Below, one piece after another: positions 50,957 to 62,964 of a stretch of DNA of 64,000 bases. Every line of letters starts with the position of its first letter. Position 1 is the stretch's first letter. The translations under genes and the position numbers were made by a program. This stretch comes from Octopus sinensis (taxonomy: Eukaryota), in NCBI RefSeq assembly GCF_006345805.1, contig NC_042998.1:24242001-24306000 (forward strand), read 5' to 3'. The notes below the pieces were generated by a model. It saw only the letters and a program-made list of their open reading frames with translations, was not told the DNA's origin and ran no database searches.

Positions 50957-51246
50957 TAACAGGAATGATGAGTAATTTCCCTTCCTGATACTCTACAGGA
51001 TATGGGAAGAACCAAAACTGAGTCATGGGTGCATTTAATTGAAGAAACCCTACCACATTCCTGATATTTGTTTAAGCAATCTTGAAGACTCTAAACGCAG
51101 AGTCACTCGAGATGAATTTGAGTTCAGAACATAAAGAAAAGGACACGATGGAATAGTGTAAGGAATTTAGTGTAGTTCTCTGTCGTTTGTGCAAATTAAC
51201 AACCTGTAACACTGTTATTTTGTGATGCGATGGTGTGTACGAGAAT
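50957..51246 (+). repeat. 290-bp direct repeat, copy 2
   Basis: Matches 48713-49002. Confidence 0.92.
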
Positions 51247-51589
51247 TCAATGTATTTATGCATACGTACGAAGGTGCTGTGAACAAAGATACAGTAACCG
51301 GAGAATATCGCACTTGATTTTGAAACTTAGGAAAATATAGTAGTCAGAGCTCTCCTTCTACAACAAGACAATATCCCATGATGCATTTGTAGTGCTAATG
51401 TTAATTCCAGTTTTTGGTAAATGTGACTAGTCTGTAGAGGACATCCACTCCTTAGACATTAAAACCCACAAGATCCTGATAACAGCTGGAAAATTCCACA
51501 AAAACTGTAATATAGCCAGGCTCTACCTCAGAAGAGCTGGAGTGGGTAGAGGCTTGAGATCAGCGCAGACAACCTTCAAATACATTATT

Positions 51590-51706
51590 TACATTATTTA
51601 TATTTGACGAATATTTGTCCTCATCTTGTTTGCCGTTAACACAAAGTTTCAGCTGATAGACAACAAACAAGATGAGGACAAATATCTGTCAAATGTAAAT
51701 AATGTA
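51590..51706. repeat. Inverted repeat, ~43-bp arms
   Basis: TACATTATTTATATTTGACGAATATTTGTCCTCATCTTGTTTG / CAAACAAGATGAGGACAAATATCTGTCAAATGTAAATAATGTA. Confidence 0.85.
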
Positions 51707-51951
51707 CATAATGTACATAATTCCTCATCTCTTAAATATAGAACTGTATAACCTTCAAATGTTTTGTAGTATCTCTTAAACAGAACCTGCTAAATAACAG
51801 CAGCAAAAATAAATAGGTAAAACTAGTGCTGAAAAGCAACGAGAATAATTGGTAGTGAGTTCTTCAAGAAGTATTCTCTTTTTTAATGACCTTCCATATA
51901 ACCTCAAAACAGCTGGACTAATTACATTTCAAAGAAGACAGTGATGTGTAA

Positions 51952-52320
51952 CATCATCATCAACATCATCATCATCATTATCATCATCATCGTTGTCGTC
52001 GTCATCATCGTTGTTTAACGTCTGTTTTCCATGCTGGCATGAGTTGGACGGTTTGACTGAGGTCAGGAGAGCCAGCGGCTGCACCAAGCTCCAATAGGAT
52101 CTGGCAATGTTTCGACAGCTGGATGCCCTTCCTAATGCCAACCACTCCGAGAGTGTAGTGGGTGCTTTTAACGTGCCACTGGCACAGGAGACAGTCAGGC
52201 AGGCCTAGCATCGATGACGGTCGGATAGTGCTTTTTACATGCCACCAGTGCAAGAGCCAGTCAGGGGTACTGGAATTGGCCACATTCAGATGGCGCTTTT
52301 TATGTGCCACCAGTACAAAT
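51952..52320 (-). mobile_element. S2
   Basis: Tail and body. Confidence 0.8.
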
Positions 52321-52574
52321 ATTATACATGTTTCTTGAAAGCTTGAGGATGATATTAATATCAACATGAAGTGCAGCATTTCTTGAACCACTAGAGAGCA
52401 TCACAATTTAAAAGCTATGTGTTTGCAATCCAAGTGCAAGAGATTGTTACAAACCACTTAACGAGGAAAAGAGACAGCAAAGCCCTTGGAGGTTCAAGAT
52501 GCAACTGAAAATATAAATTAAGTTACGTCTTTGTGGAAGACATCACATGTAATCAACAACTGCTAAAAATATCC

Positions 52575-52790
52575 TTTTCTACTCTAGGCACAAGGTCTGA
52601 AATTTTGGTGGAGGGGGCCAGTTGATTAGATTGACCCCAGTATGCAACTGGTACTTAATTTATCCACCTTGAAAGGACGAAAGGCAAAGTCGACCTTGGT
52701 GGAATTTGAACTCAGAATGTAAAGACAGACGAAATACCACTAAGCGTTTTGCCTGGCGTGCTAACATTTCTACCAGCTCGCTGCCTTACA
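52575..52790 (-). mobile_element. SINE S3
   Basis: Near full length. Confidence 0.85.
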
Positions 52791-52889
52791 ACTGTTAAAA
52801 ATATTATCATCACACTACCTCCCAATATGACATGATGTTGGTAAAAATATTTATCCTGGGGTGCATTTAGAGAATCACTATTACTGAAT

Positions 52890-52921
<32 letters not shown>

Positions 52922-54614
52922 TATATATATATATATATATAAATATCAACACATAGTGGGACTTGTCCATCAAAATATCTACCAAGAGCAAACTGGACAG
53001 GCCAGATAGAGTTGTTAGCATCAACCATATAATAGTATGTACCATCACTGTGGTTGGCATTTCTGCTAATGCTGAATATTGTTTTGAATTAATCACACAT
53101 TATCTCATAGTTTTGAGGTTTCAATGATGTGATTGTTCATTTTTAGAATGTCTATGTAGGTTAGGTGTGAGAGGCTAGATATGGCTAGTTCAAATATAAA
53201 ACATGTAGAATATTTGTGCCAGACATGGCTGGCTTAAACACTAAAGTTTTAACAAGAAAGAGCTTAGCTGTGGACAACTGCTTTGAAACCTTCAGGATTT
53301 ATACTCAGATTATGAATTCACATTTAAATCAAAAATATTTGGTGTATTTGATTATGTTAGTAAATGCCTTAGTGACAATCTGAAAAAAAAAAAACGAGAT
53401 TTTCGGAAAAGTATATCAACCAGCCAAGCTGCACATTACATTCACAATGTGTAAGAAGAACAGTAAAAATATGCGAGTCTCTTTTCAAGTTTAAAATGTG
53501 AATTTGTATTTGTTATCTCCATTCTGATGTTGGAGCTTTCTATCTTTGTTAGAAACCAACTCCTTCTTTGCCGGAAGAATTAGAAAAAGAAAAGTTAAAA
53601 ATGGAAGAGAGCATATACACATGAATAAGTGCATCTTCCATTCCTGCAGGTTTGATATCAGATTAGGAATTTTGTTTAATATTATCATTAAAAAATAATA
53701 CTAGTAATAATAATAATAAAAATTTACAATAACATGCCTTTAGCTGAAGTCATATGATTATAGTAACTTTCATATGAACTCGAGAAGCAACAAGAAGCTA
53801 GTCTGCTACATTTATTATGAGATACAATGATTAGTCTCAGTATGCTATGTTCAGAAACAGACATGTTTTTGAAAATTGAATAAAATAAAAACTACCATTA
53901 CACTAATTGACTATCATGTGTGTAACCTAAGGAAAGCAGAAGATCAATTTCTGTTAGCATTTCGGTTTTCTTTTCCATGTTGCAGCAAAATGTGTATGCT
54001 TCCAATTAAGACACGATTCAGATTATTTACAGCTGATAACAGATCTAATGCATTAAAGATTCGATTGAACCTGTTTGAATTTTATTTTTTCAAATTTCTA
54101 ATATATTTCGGAAATTAATTGAAGGATATTTTGGAATAGATTCAGAAAGACAAAAAAAAAAAGAAAGAAAAAAAGAGAAATTCAAGGCCAATAATAATGA
54201 ATATGATGAAAGTCAATAATGGAAATATGAGAAAGTATAGAATCAAAATCCTTCAAATAAATTCTATTCATTCATTATCAGCTGAATTATAATCATTGCT
54301 ATTATTATCTTAGCGTTTCCTCGTCTTATTAACATAAATAAGACTGATCAGGTTAACTGCAAATTTTTATGTCTTTCCATCATTTATTTCCCTATCAATA
54401 AATCATATTCTTTTGATCTTCCTGAATTCAGAGCAATTAATATAACGCACAATTTAAAATCATATTTCCTTTAATGAAGAAATACAGCCTAAAACACAAC
54501 TGGCCATGTATCTAATTGGAATCCTTTTGGTCCTTCATACCCGATAGTATAATGAAAGTAGTTCTCTTATTTTCTGTTGTAGAAAATAATTACAAAAAGT
54601 ATTACACGTTAGAT

Positions 54615-54980
54615 GATTGTTGCCAGGGCGGCTAACTGGCTTCCATGCCGGTGGCATGTAGGTGGCACCATTCGAGCGGGATCGTTACCAGCATTGCCTT
54701 GACTGGCACCTGTGCCGTTGGCATGTGGTAAAAATTCGAGCGAGGTCGTTGCCAGTGTCACCTGACTGGTCCCCGTGCCGTTGGCATGTAAAAGTACCCA
54801 CTACACTCTCGAAGTGGTTGGCGTTAGGAAGGGCATCCAGCTGTAGAAACTCTGCCAGATCAAGACTGGAGCCTGATGCAGCCATCTGGTTCGCCAGCCC
54901 ACAGTCAAACCGTCCAACCCATGCTAACATGGAAAGCGGACATTAAATGATGACGACGACGACGATGATGATGATGATAT
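54615..54980 (+). mobile_element. S2
   Basis: Body and tail. Confidence 0.85.
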
Positions 54981-56664
54981 TAAGAGAGAGGGAATTCTGG
55001 AAGTAAAATAATCATAGCTCTCAGCACATTACTATCAAAACCCATCTATAAAGAAAACATTTCTGAAATGAAACAGAAATGATATACTGTTATAATATTG
55101 AAAACTCTAAGAAGATTTTTACAGTGATACAATTTATGTAATTGAAAAGCAAAGATTAATCTTTCTTTCTTTCCCCTGGATTTGTTTTCTATAAATCATT
55201 TTAGCGACAAACATAATTTCTCTCATATTCATTTTAGTGAAATGAAATATTTTTCCCTTTTCAAAGTGTAAATGCTTACCATGTATCACACATGCAAACG
55301 TTTAATGTTATGACATTAAGAAGACATTTTGAAATAACTAAATAACTTAAGCTGTAGCAATCGTGTAATGCTACACTGTAAAATCTATCGTAATGTTCAA
55401 TTTAGGAGGGAAGCACAACAGCTGATCTCATTGTGAATGTCATATAAGGAGAATAATAAATTTACTTTTGTAATTCAGTATTCAATAACCTGGTTGTATT
55501 GCTCTCCAGATTGGACATATATTGATGCAGTCTGTGAAGGTGGCTTTGATTACTTCTGCTACAGTTTGCTATTCTGTTTTGGTTTCTTCAAAACTAAACT
55601 TCTTAATTTAACAATTTTATATTGAATACCTATCAGACAATGCTACTCTCCAATACATTTATCATATCATAGCATACTACATCACACGGTACCACTATCT
55701 GTTATACCGTAGCGTGTGCAATATATCACATTTTGTTATCTAATAAACAAACAAAATTTACTATTTCTACTATGACTTATTGTCGGAACAATCATAGCAT
55801 ACCATTTATAAGATACTATGGAAAGTCAAAAGAACACATCACCAAATTCCATAGCATTAAAACATTGAATTTTATATGATTACCATCATTCAATGGAGCA
55901 TATCTATAAATAGAATAGCCTATCACATGGCATAGAATATCATACTATATGATATTGCGGCATATCACGCTGCTATTCACAAGTTATTTATCTGAAGCAA
56001 CTGCCATATTTTATTTGAGAAAATTTTCTATGCAAACAAGTATGAAAGAAGTTAAGCAGTGCTTTGTAAGTGGTGTTCATAAATAAAGGATAAATATTTA
56101 TTCATTCTGCACATGAATGTGATACAGTCAATTGCTTGACATTTCAAAGACCAACCACCAAACATTAAGCAATCTTCTGTCAAAATGCTGCAAGAAGATG
56201 AACTTTAAACCTCAGCACATCTAAAGGATAATTCTGGAACTTAAATCAAATAAAGCTATTATTTCTGATTAAGTTACAACTCAGGTATGTTGAATGTTGC
56301 ACAGAAATTGCCAACCCTCCATATCTTCTATTTCACTTACATTTATCTTGTGAAATTTTTCCACACCAGTAGAAAATTACCTCTGTGATAGCAAAACAAG
56401 CATTCTAGTGCTGCTCTTTCAAAATACCAATATTCTTGGTATTATGGGAACTTCAAGCTTACATGCCCAAAATCGATACACAACTGAAAGGCTAACTATT
56501 AAAAAAGAAGAGTACCAATATCATAGTTTGTGCTCATGTAAGGGAGCTTTCAAGGAGTAAACAATGTGCTAGATATAGTAACCAAATCGGCCTCAAATCA
56601 GATTCTATCATCATTAAAAAAAGCACACATTGGATCATATAATCTTAGATATTTGAATATTTAT

Positions 56665-56907
56665 TTTTTTTATAGCTCACACAGAGTTAAACATAAAGGG
56701 GACAAACAAGGACAGACAAAGGGATTAAGTTGACTTGCTCGACCCCAGTGTTTCACTGGTTCTAATTTTATCAACCCTGAATTAATACTAAGTGTGGTCA
56801 GAACCAAATTTGAGACTGAATTGATATCTACTTGGACTTGTCTCCCTACTGTGTTATTTATATATATGTATATATGTACGTATATGATAAACAACATTAA
56901 TATATGA

Positions 56908-56949
<42 letters not shown>

Positions 56950-57205
56950 AAAATTTGCTTGGAAGAGGATGCGGGGCATTCAATCATATACTCTTTTACT
57001 CGTTTCAATCATTTGACTGCGGCCATGCTGGAGCACCGCCTTTTAGTCAAGCAAATCGATCCCAGGACTTATTCTCTGGAAGCCTAGTACTTATTCTGTC
57101 AGTCTCTTTTGCTGAACTACTAAGTTATGGGGACGTAAACACACCAGCATCAGTTGTCAAGCAATGTTGGGGGGACAAAAACAGACACACAAACATATAC
57201 ACACA
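56665..57205. mobile_element. S3 tail (56665-56830, plus) and S1 3' half (56988-57205, minus)
   Basis: Family motifs. Confidence 0.75.
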
Positions 57206-57211
57206 CATACA

Positions 57212-58025
57212 TACATCATCATCATCATCATCATCATTTAGCGTCCGTTTTCCATGCTAGCATGGTTTGGACGGTTCAACTGGGGTCTGGGGAGCCCGAA
57301 GGCTGCACCAGGCCAGTCAGATATGGCAGTGTTTCTACAGCTGGATGCCCTTCCTAACGCCAACCACTCCGAGAGTGTAGTGGGTGATTTTATGTGCCAC
57401 CGACACAGGTGCCAGACGAGGCTGGCGAACGGCCACGCTCGGATGGTGTTTTTATGTGCCACCGACACAGGTGCCAGATGAGGCTGGCGGACGGCCACGA
57501 TCGGATGGTGTTTTGTTACGTCCCCAAAGCACGGAGGCCAGTCTATGCGGTACTGGCTACGGCCACGTTCGGATGATTTTCTTGTGTGCCACCGGCACTG
57601 GACACAAAGATACAAATTCCATGATGTTCATCTATTTTGATTGTTTGATTGATTTTCACTTGCCTCAACAGGTCTTCACAAGTGTCACAAAGAGGAAGGT
57701 ATGCACAGGTGGACTGACTACGTCCCAGGTAGGGGCCACGGGTTATGGCCTGACTAGTCTTGCCGGGTCTTCGGATGGTGTTTTTATGTGCCACCGACAC
57801 AGTGCCAGATGAGGCTGCGAACGGCCACGATCGGATGGTGTTTGTTATGTGCCCACAGCACGGAGGCCAGTCGATGCGGTAATGGCTACGGCCACGTTCG
57901 GATGGTTTTCTTGTGTGCCACCGGCACTGGTACCACAAAGATACAAATTCCATTGAGTTCATCTATTTTGATTTGATTGATTTGATTTCACTTGCCTCAA
58001 CAGGTCTTCACAGGCCTTCACAAGG
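57212..58025 (-). mobile_element. Long S2 copy with an internally duplicated block
   Basis: ~57440-57690 repeated at ~57770-58020. Confidence 0.8.
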
Positions 58026-58070
58026 TCACAGGAAGGAAGGAAGTATGCACTATATATATAGATATATATA

Positions 58071-58591
58071 TGCATATATGGGCACAGGAGATCACGAAAT
58101 GTGTACAACAAAAAAATACAAAGTATGAGTACATGGAACATGAACGAAAGACACAAATGGAAAACAAAACAACCAACATAAAGAACGACTCATCATCAGT
58201 TGTTGGTTGTTTTTCTAGTCTCGTATTTTGAGCATTTAACAATAATGTATGTTTTTGATAAAACAGTTGCTCCAACAAAGCAAATTGAATAGAGTTTGAG
58301 ATTTTGCAGAGGGTTTGTGTTAGCAATTTTGACCACCTGCAAAATCCTGAATTTTATTTAATTTGTTTTGTGGGAGCAACTGTTTTATCGAAAGCGTATA
58401 TTGTTGTTAAATGCTCGAAATACGAGACTAGAAAAACAGCCAACAACTGACGAAGGGTCGTTCTTTATGTTGTTTCTCTTGTTTTCCATTTGCGTCTTTC
58501 GTTGTTCAAAAGAATAGTTCATGTTTCATGCACTCGTGCTTCATATTTTTTTGTTGTACACATCTTGTGATGTTCTGTGCCCATATATGCA
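58071..58591. mobile_element. ~520-bp foldback (MITE-like) element in TA context
   Basis: Imperfect arms from TGCATATATGGGCACAG to CTGTGCCCATATATGCA, pairing almost to the centre. Confidence 0.8.
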
Positions 58592-58839
58592 TATATATAT
58601 ATATATAAATATAATTAATCAATATAGGGTGGTGAAAAAAATTTTGTAGAATTCTTTTTGCCACCAGCGGCCTAGTGGGAAAAATTAAATAGTCGTAGAC
58701 CATTTTTAAGTTCAACATCAACAATCAAGGAACGGCCATAATAGGCCATTCACCCACTAGAAATAACAGCCAAAGCTTCAACCGCAAATAAAGATCAATC
58801 CGTAAACAGGAGAAAATTTAAAAAAACATTTACCCTGTA

Positions 58840-58951
58840 ATTTCTTGTACGATGCACCGTTTCTTTTTGTATGCTGTTTAATGGTAAACTAACCTGATTA
58901 AATTAAATCAAGCCAATCTTCCATAGGCCCTCAGATTCTTCAGCAAGAAAT
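58840..58951 (-). ncRNA. Type I hammerhead motif, array A copy 1
   Basis: ATTTCTTG CTGAAGA [long stem II region] GAAAC GGTGCATC GTA CAAGAAAT; 8-bp stem I; base of stem II imperfect in this copy. Confidence 0.7.
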
Positions 58952-59334
58952 AGCCAAGTCGGAACAGATATTTTCACGAGGCATTTCCGACCCTGCCAAG
59001 GCAATATCTGACCTAAAATTCAAATCGTCGCACTCGCGCCAAATTTATCGGCAGCAAATAAATATAAGCGTCGATTCCATTACGGAATTAACCAGAAAAT
59101 TCATAATTAATCAATATAGGGTGGTGAAAAAAATTTTGTAGAATTCTTTTTGCCACCAGCGGCCTAGTGGGAAAAATTTAATAGTCGTAGACCATTTTTA
59201 AGTTCAACATCAACAATCAAGGAACGGCCATAATAGGCCATTCACCCACTAGAAATAACAGCCAAAGCTTCAACCGCAAATAAAGATCAATTCCGTAAAC
59301 AGGAGAAAATTTAAAAAAACATTTACCCTGTAAT

Positions 59335-59436
59335 TTCTTGTACGATGCACCGTTTCGTCTGCTATTTAATGGTAAACTAACCTGATTAAATTAAATCAAG
59401 CCAATCTTCATAGGCCCTCAGATTCTTCAGCAAGAA
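59335..59436 (-). ncRNA. Type I hammerhead motif, array A copy 2
   Basis: TTCTTG CTGAAGA A TCTG...CAGA C GAAAC GGTGCATC GTA CAAGAA. Confidence 0.78.
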
Positions 59437-59730
59437 TAGCCAAGTCGGAACAGATATTTTCACGAGGCATTTCCGACCCTACCAAGGCAATATCTGACCT
59501 AAAATTTTCAAATCGTCGCACTCGCGCCCAAATTATCGGCAGCAAATAAATATAAGCCGTCGATTCCATTACGGAATTAACCAGAAAATTCATAATTAAT
59601 CATATAGGGTGGTGAAAAAATTTTGTAGAATTCTTTTTGCCACCAGCGGCGGAATTGATCTTTATTTGCGGTTGAAGCTTTGGCTGTTATTTCTAGTGGG
59701 TGAATGGCCTATATATAAATATATATATAT

Positions 59731-60031
59731 GTGGAGGTGCAATGGCCCAGTGGTTAGGGCAGTGGACTCACTGTCGTAGGATTGCAGTTTCGATTCGCAG
59801 ACCAGGCGTTTGGGTGTTTATTGAGAGAAAACACCTAAAGCTTCACCAGGCTCCAGCAGGGGGTGGTGGCAATCCCTGCTGTATTCTTTTGCCACAACTT
59901 TCTCTCACTCTTTCTTCTGTGGCCTGCTCACTTAGCCAGCAGGGTCGCGTCACTTGAAGGCTAAAACAATGCAAAGCGCATTGTGACCAGCGATGTGTAG
60001 CAACATCTGATAGCCTGGTCAGTCACGTGAT

Positions 60032-60045
<14 letters not shown>
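59731..60045 (+). mobile_element. tRNA-derived SINE family S4
   Basis: Head GTGGAGGTGCAATGGCCCAGTGGTTAGGGC; second copy at ~63350-63678 minus. Confidence 0.85.
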
Positions 60046-60073
<28 letters not shown>

Positions 60074-60929
60074 GTATAGATGTATGTACATAAATGTATG
60101 AATATATGCATCATCATCATCATCATCATCATTGTTTAACGTCCGCTTTCCATGCTATATTTGTATTATATATATTTGTATGCGTGTGTGTATGTATGTA
60201 TATATATAATAAATAATATTAAATTAAGCATATGTATAGCTTACTTTTTGAACCACAAATATATATATATACAATTTCAGAATAGTTTATGATTTCTGAT
60301 TGAAAACTTCCTCAACTACAATATTTAATTGGAAATGTCAATCTGAAAAATAAGTTATTTCTCATTTATTCTCTGTCGTCTAAAAGGAAAGATGAACAAT
60401 TTGACAGCTGGTTTCTGTTATACTATCCATTTGTCAATTATAGTATTAATTAAGTCAAGAAAAACACACCTGTCTACACACATATGCATGTAAGTATACA
60501 TATATTTATATGCGTGTGTGCATGTGTGCATATAAATATATGAAAATATATACATGCAAACACACACACACATACTAATATATAAATCCCTTTACATACA
60601 CATATATGTATGGATACACAGACACACACATACACACATACAAACTCCTATATACATAGAGAGAGAAAGAGAGACAGCTGCACCGACACATGTACAGACA
60701 AACTGAGAAAACTGGTAGAGCATCAAAGAGATTAATTTTGTGATATCTATGCTGATTCCCTGCACATATATATATATGCATATATATATAAATTATTAGA
60801 GAGTTATCCACTATGTGGATAACTCTAGTGCTAAAAATAGCTCCGAAGCAACCACAGAAGATCTGTTTCCAACTAGAATCAACATACATTTAACGTAAGG
60901 AAAGTGAAAACAACGAATAAAATAGATTG

Positions 60930-61005
60930 ACTCTATACAATTGTTTCATTACTAATGTAATATGTAGTTTTACTTACACTTACATCTATAAATCTTCGGT
61001 AGAGT
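60930..61005 (-). ncRNA. Hammerhead motif, array B
   Basis: ACTCTA CCGAAGA [45-nt stem II] GAAAC AATT GTA TAGAGT; sister copy 61419-61495 has GAACAC in place of GAAAC. Confidence 0.7.
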
Positions 61006-61903
61006 TTGTCAGAAATGCAATTAATTAGATCGATTCGAGCGTCAAAAACACGAGCGGTCCAACCAATTACATTTTTAGTTATGTCTCAAATTCCGCGCCA
61101 AAAGCATGCCTAGACTCCATTGGAAACGTATGCCGCATCAAATAAAATATTGACTGCCGCGTAGTTAAATTATAAAAATTATAAATGAGGGTGAAAAATC
61201 GATATTAATTTACTAATACCATTAATTAACACCAAGTGGCTTAGCACAAAAACTCGGAGAAAATACAAATTTATACATAAATTATTAGAGAGTTATCCAC
61301 TAGTGTGGATAACTCTAGTGCTAAAAATAGCTCCGAAGCAACCACAGAAGATCTGTTTCCAACTAGAATCAACATACATTTAACGTAAGGAAAGTGAAAT
61401 ACAACGAATAAATAGATTACTCTATACAATTGTGTTCATTACTAATGTAATATGTAGTTTTACTTACACTTACATCTATAAATCTTCGGTAGAGTTTGTC
61501 AGAAATGCAATAATTAGATCGATTCGAGCGTCAAAAACACGAGCGGTCCAACCAATTACATTTTTAGTTATGTCTCAAATTCCGCGCCAAAAGCATGCCT
61601 AGCTCCTTGGAAACGTATGCCGCATCAAATAAAATATTGACTGCCGCGTAGTTAAATTTATAAAATTATAAATGAGGGTGAAAAATCGATATTAATTTAC
61701 TAATACCATTAATTTAACACCAAGTGGCTTAGCACAAAAAACTACGGAGAAAATACAAATTTATACATTTTATTTGATGCGGCATACGTTCCATGGAGTC
61801 TAGGCATGCTTTTGGCGGAATTTGAGACATAACTAAAAATGTAATTGGTTGGACCGCTGTGTTTTTGACGCTCGAATCGATCTAATTAATGCATTTCTGA
61901 CAA

Positions 61904-61979
61904 ACTCTACCGAAGATTTATAGATGTAAGTGTAAGTAAAACTACATATTACATTAGTAATGAAACAATTGTATAGAGT
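61904..61979 (+). ncRNA. Hammerhead motif, array B
   Basis: As above; predicted cleavage after 61973. Confidence 0.7.
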
Positions 61980-62396
61980 CAATCTATTTTATTCGTTGTA
62001 TTTCACTTCCTTACGTTAAATGTATGTTGATTCTAGTTGGAAACAGATCTTCTGTGGTTGCTTCGGAGCTATTTTTAGCACTAGAGTTATTCACATAGTG
62101 GATAACTCTCTAATAATTTATGTATAAATTTGTATTTTCTCCGTAGTTTTTGTGTGCTAAGCCACTTGGTGTTAAATTAATGGTATTAGTAAATTAATAT
62201 CGATTTTTTCACCCCATTTATAATTTTATAAATTTAACTACGCGGCAGTCAATATTTTATTTGATGCGGCATACGTTTCCAATGGAGTCTAGGCATGCTT
62301 TTGGCGCGGAATTTGAGACATAACTAAAAATGTAATTGGTTGGACCGCTCGTGTTTTTGACGCTCGAATCGATCTAATTAATTGCATTTCTGACAA

Positions 62397-62472
62397 ACTC
62401 TACCGAAGATTTATAGATGTAAGTGTAAGTAAAACTACATATTACATTAGTAATGAAACAATTGTATAGAGT
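62397..62472 (+). ncRNA. Hammerhead motif, array B
   Basis: As above; predicted cleavage after 62466. Confidence 0.7.
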
Positions 62473-62889
62473 CAATCTATTTTATTCGTTGTATTTCACT
62501 TTCCTTACGTTAAATGTATGTTGATTCTAGTTGGAAACAGATCTTCTGTGGTTGCTTCGGAGCTATTTTTAGCACTAGAGTTATCCACATAGTGGATAAC
62601 TCTCTAATAATTATGTATAAATTTGTATTTTCTCCGTATTTTTTGTGCTAAGCCACTTGTGTTTTAAATTAATGGTATTAGTAAATTAATATCGATTTTT
62701 CACCCTCATTTATATTTTTTATAAATTTAACTACGCGGCAGTCAATATTTTATTTGATGCGGCATACGTTTCCAATGGAGTCTAGGCATGCTTTTGGCGC
62801 GGAATTTGAGACATAACTAAAAATGTAATTGGTTGGACCGCTCGTGTTTTTGACGCTCGAATCGATCTAATTAATTGCATTTCTGACAA

Positions 62890-62964
62890 ACTCTACCGAA
62901 GATTTAAGATGTAAGTGTAAGTAAAACTACATATTACATTAGTAATGAAACAATTGTATAGAGT
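62890..62964 (+). ncRNA. Hammerhead motif, array B
   Basis: As above; predicted cleavage after 62958. Confidence 0.7.

Larger units (their letters stand above)
58611..59712 (-). mobile_element. Array A: ~490-bp tandem monomers (2.1 copies) plus 62-bp inverted stub, retrozyme-like
   Basis: Unit starts at ~58611, 59103, 59592; stub 59651-59712 is the reverse complement of unit interior; TA flanks. Confidence 0.85.

Noticed and set aside
53555-53625. Possible exon KPTPSLPEELEKEKLKMEESIYT
   Set aside because: Acceptor plausible, but no partner exons or recognisable protein.
56100-56560. Possible decayed LINE RT fragment (QTLSNLLSKCCKKMN...)
   Set aside because: Similarity too weak to list as a feature.
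897-57962. Recurrent 60-190 aa ORFs such as MSSNARGTNTDTQ... and MPVPPDWP...
   Set aside because: Read-through of S1/S2 repeat copies; not conserved as frames between copies.
58180-58470. CTGATGA/CTGACGA in the foldback arms as hammerhead cores
   Set aside because: No downstream stem II-GAAAC-NUH arrangement.
60800-60826. TTATCCACA (bacterial DnaA-box consensus) in the array B hairpin
   Set aside because: A single 9-mer within a eukaryotic repeat; no other bacterial features, so likely coincidence.
61060-61140. Second, opposite-polarity hammerhead in array B (GAAACGTA)
   Set aside because: No CUGANGA-like core or stem I partner upstream.
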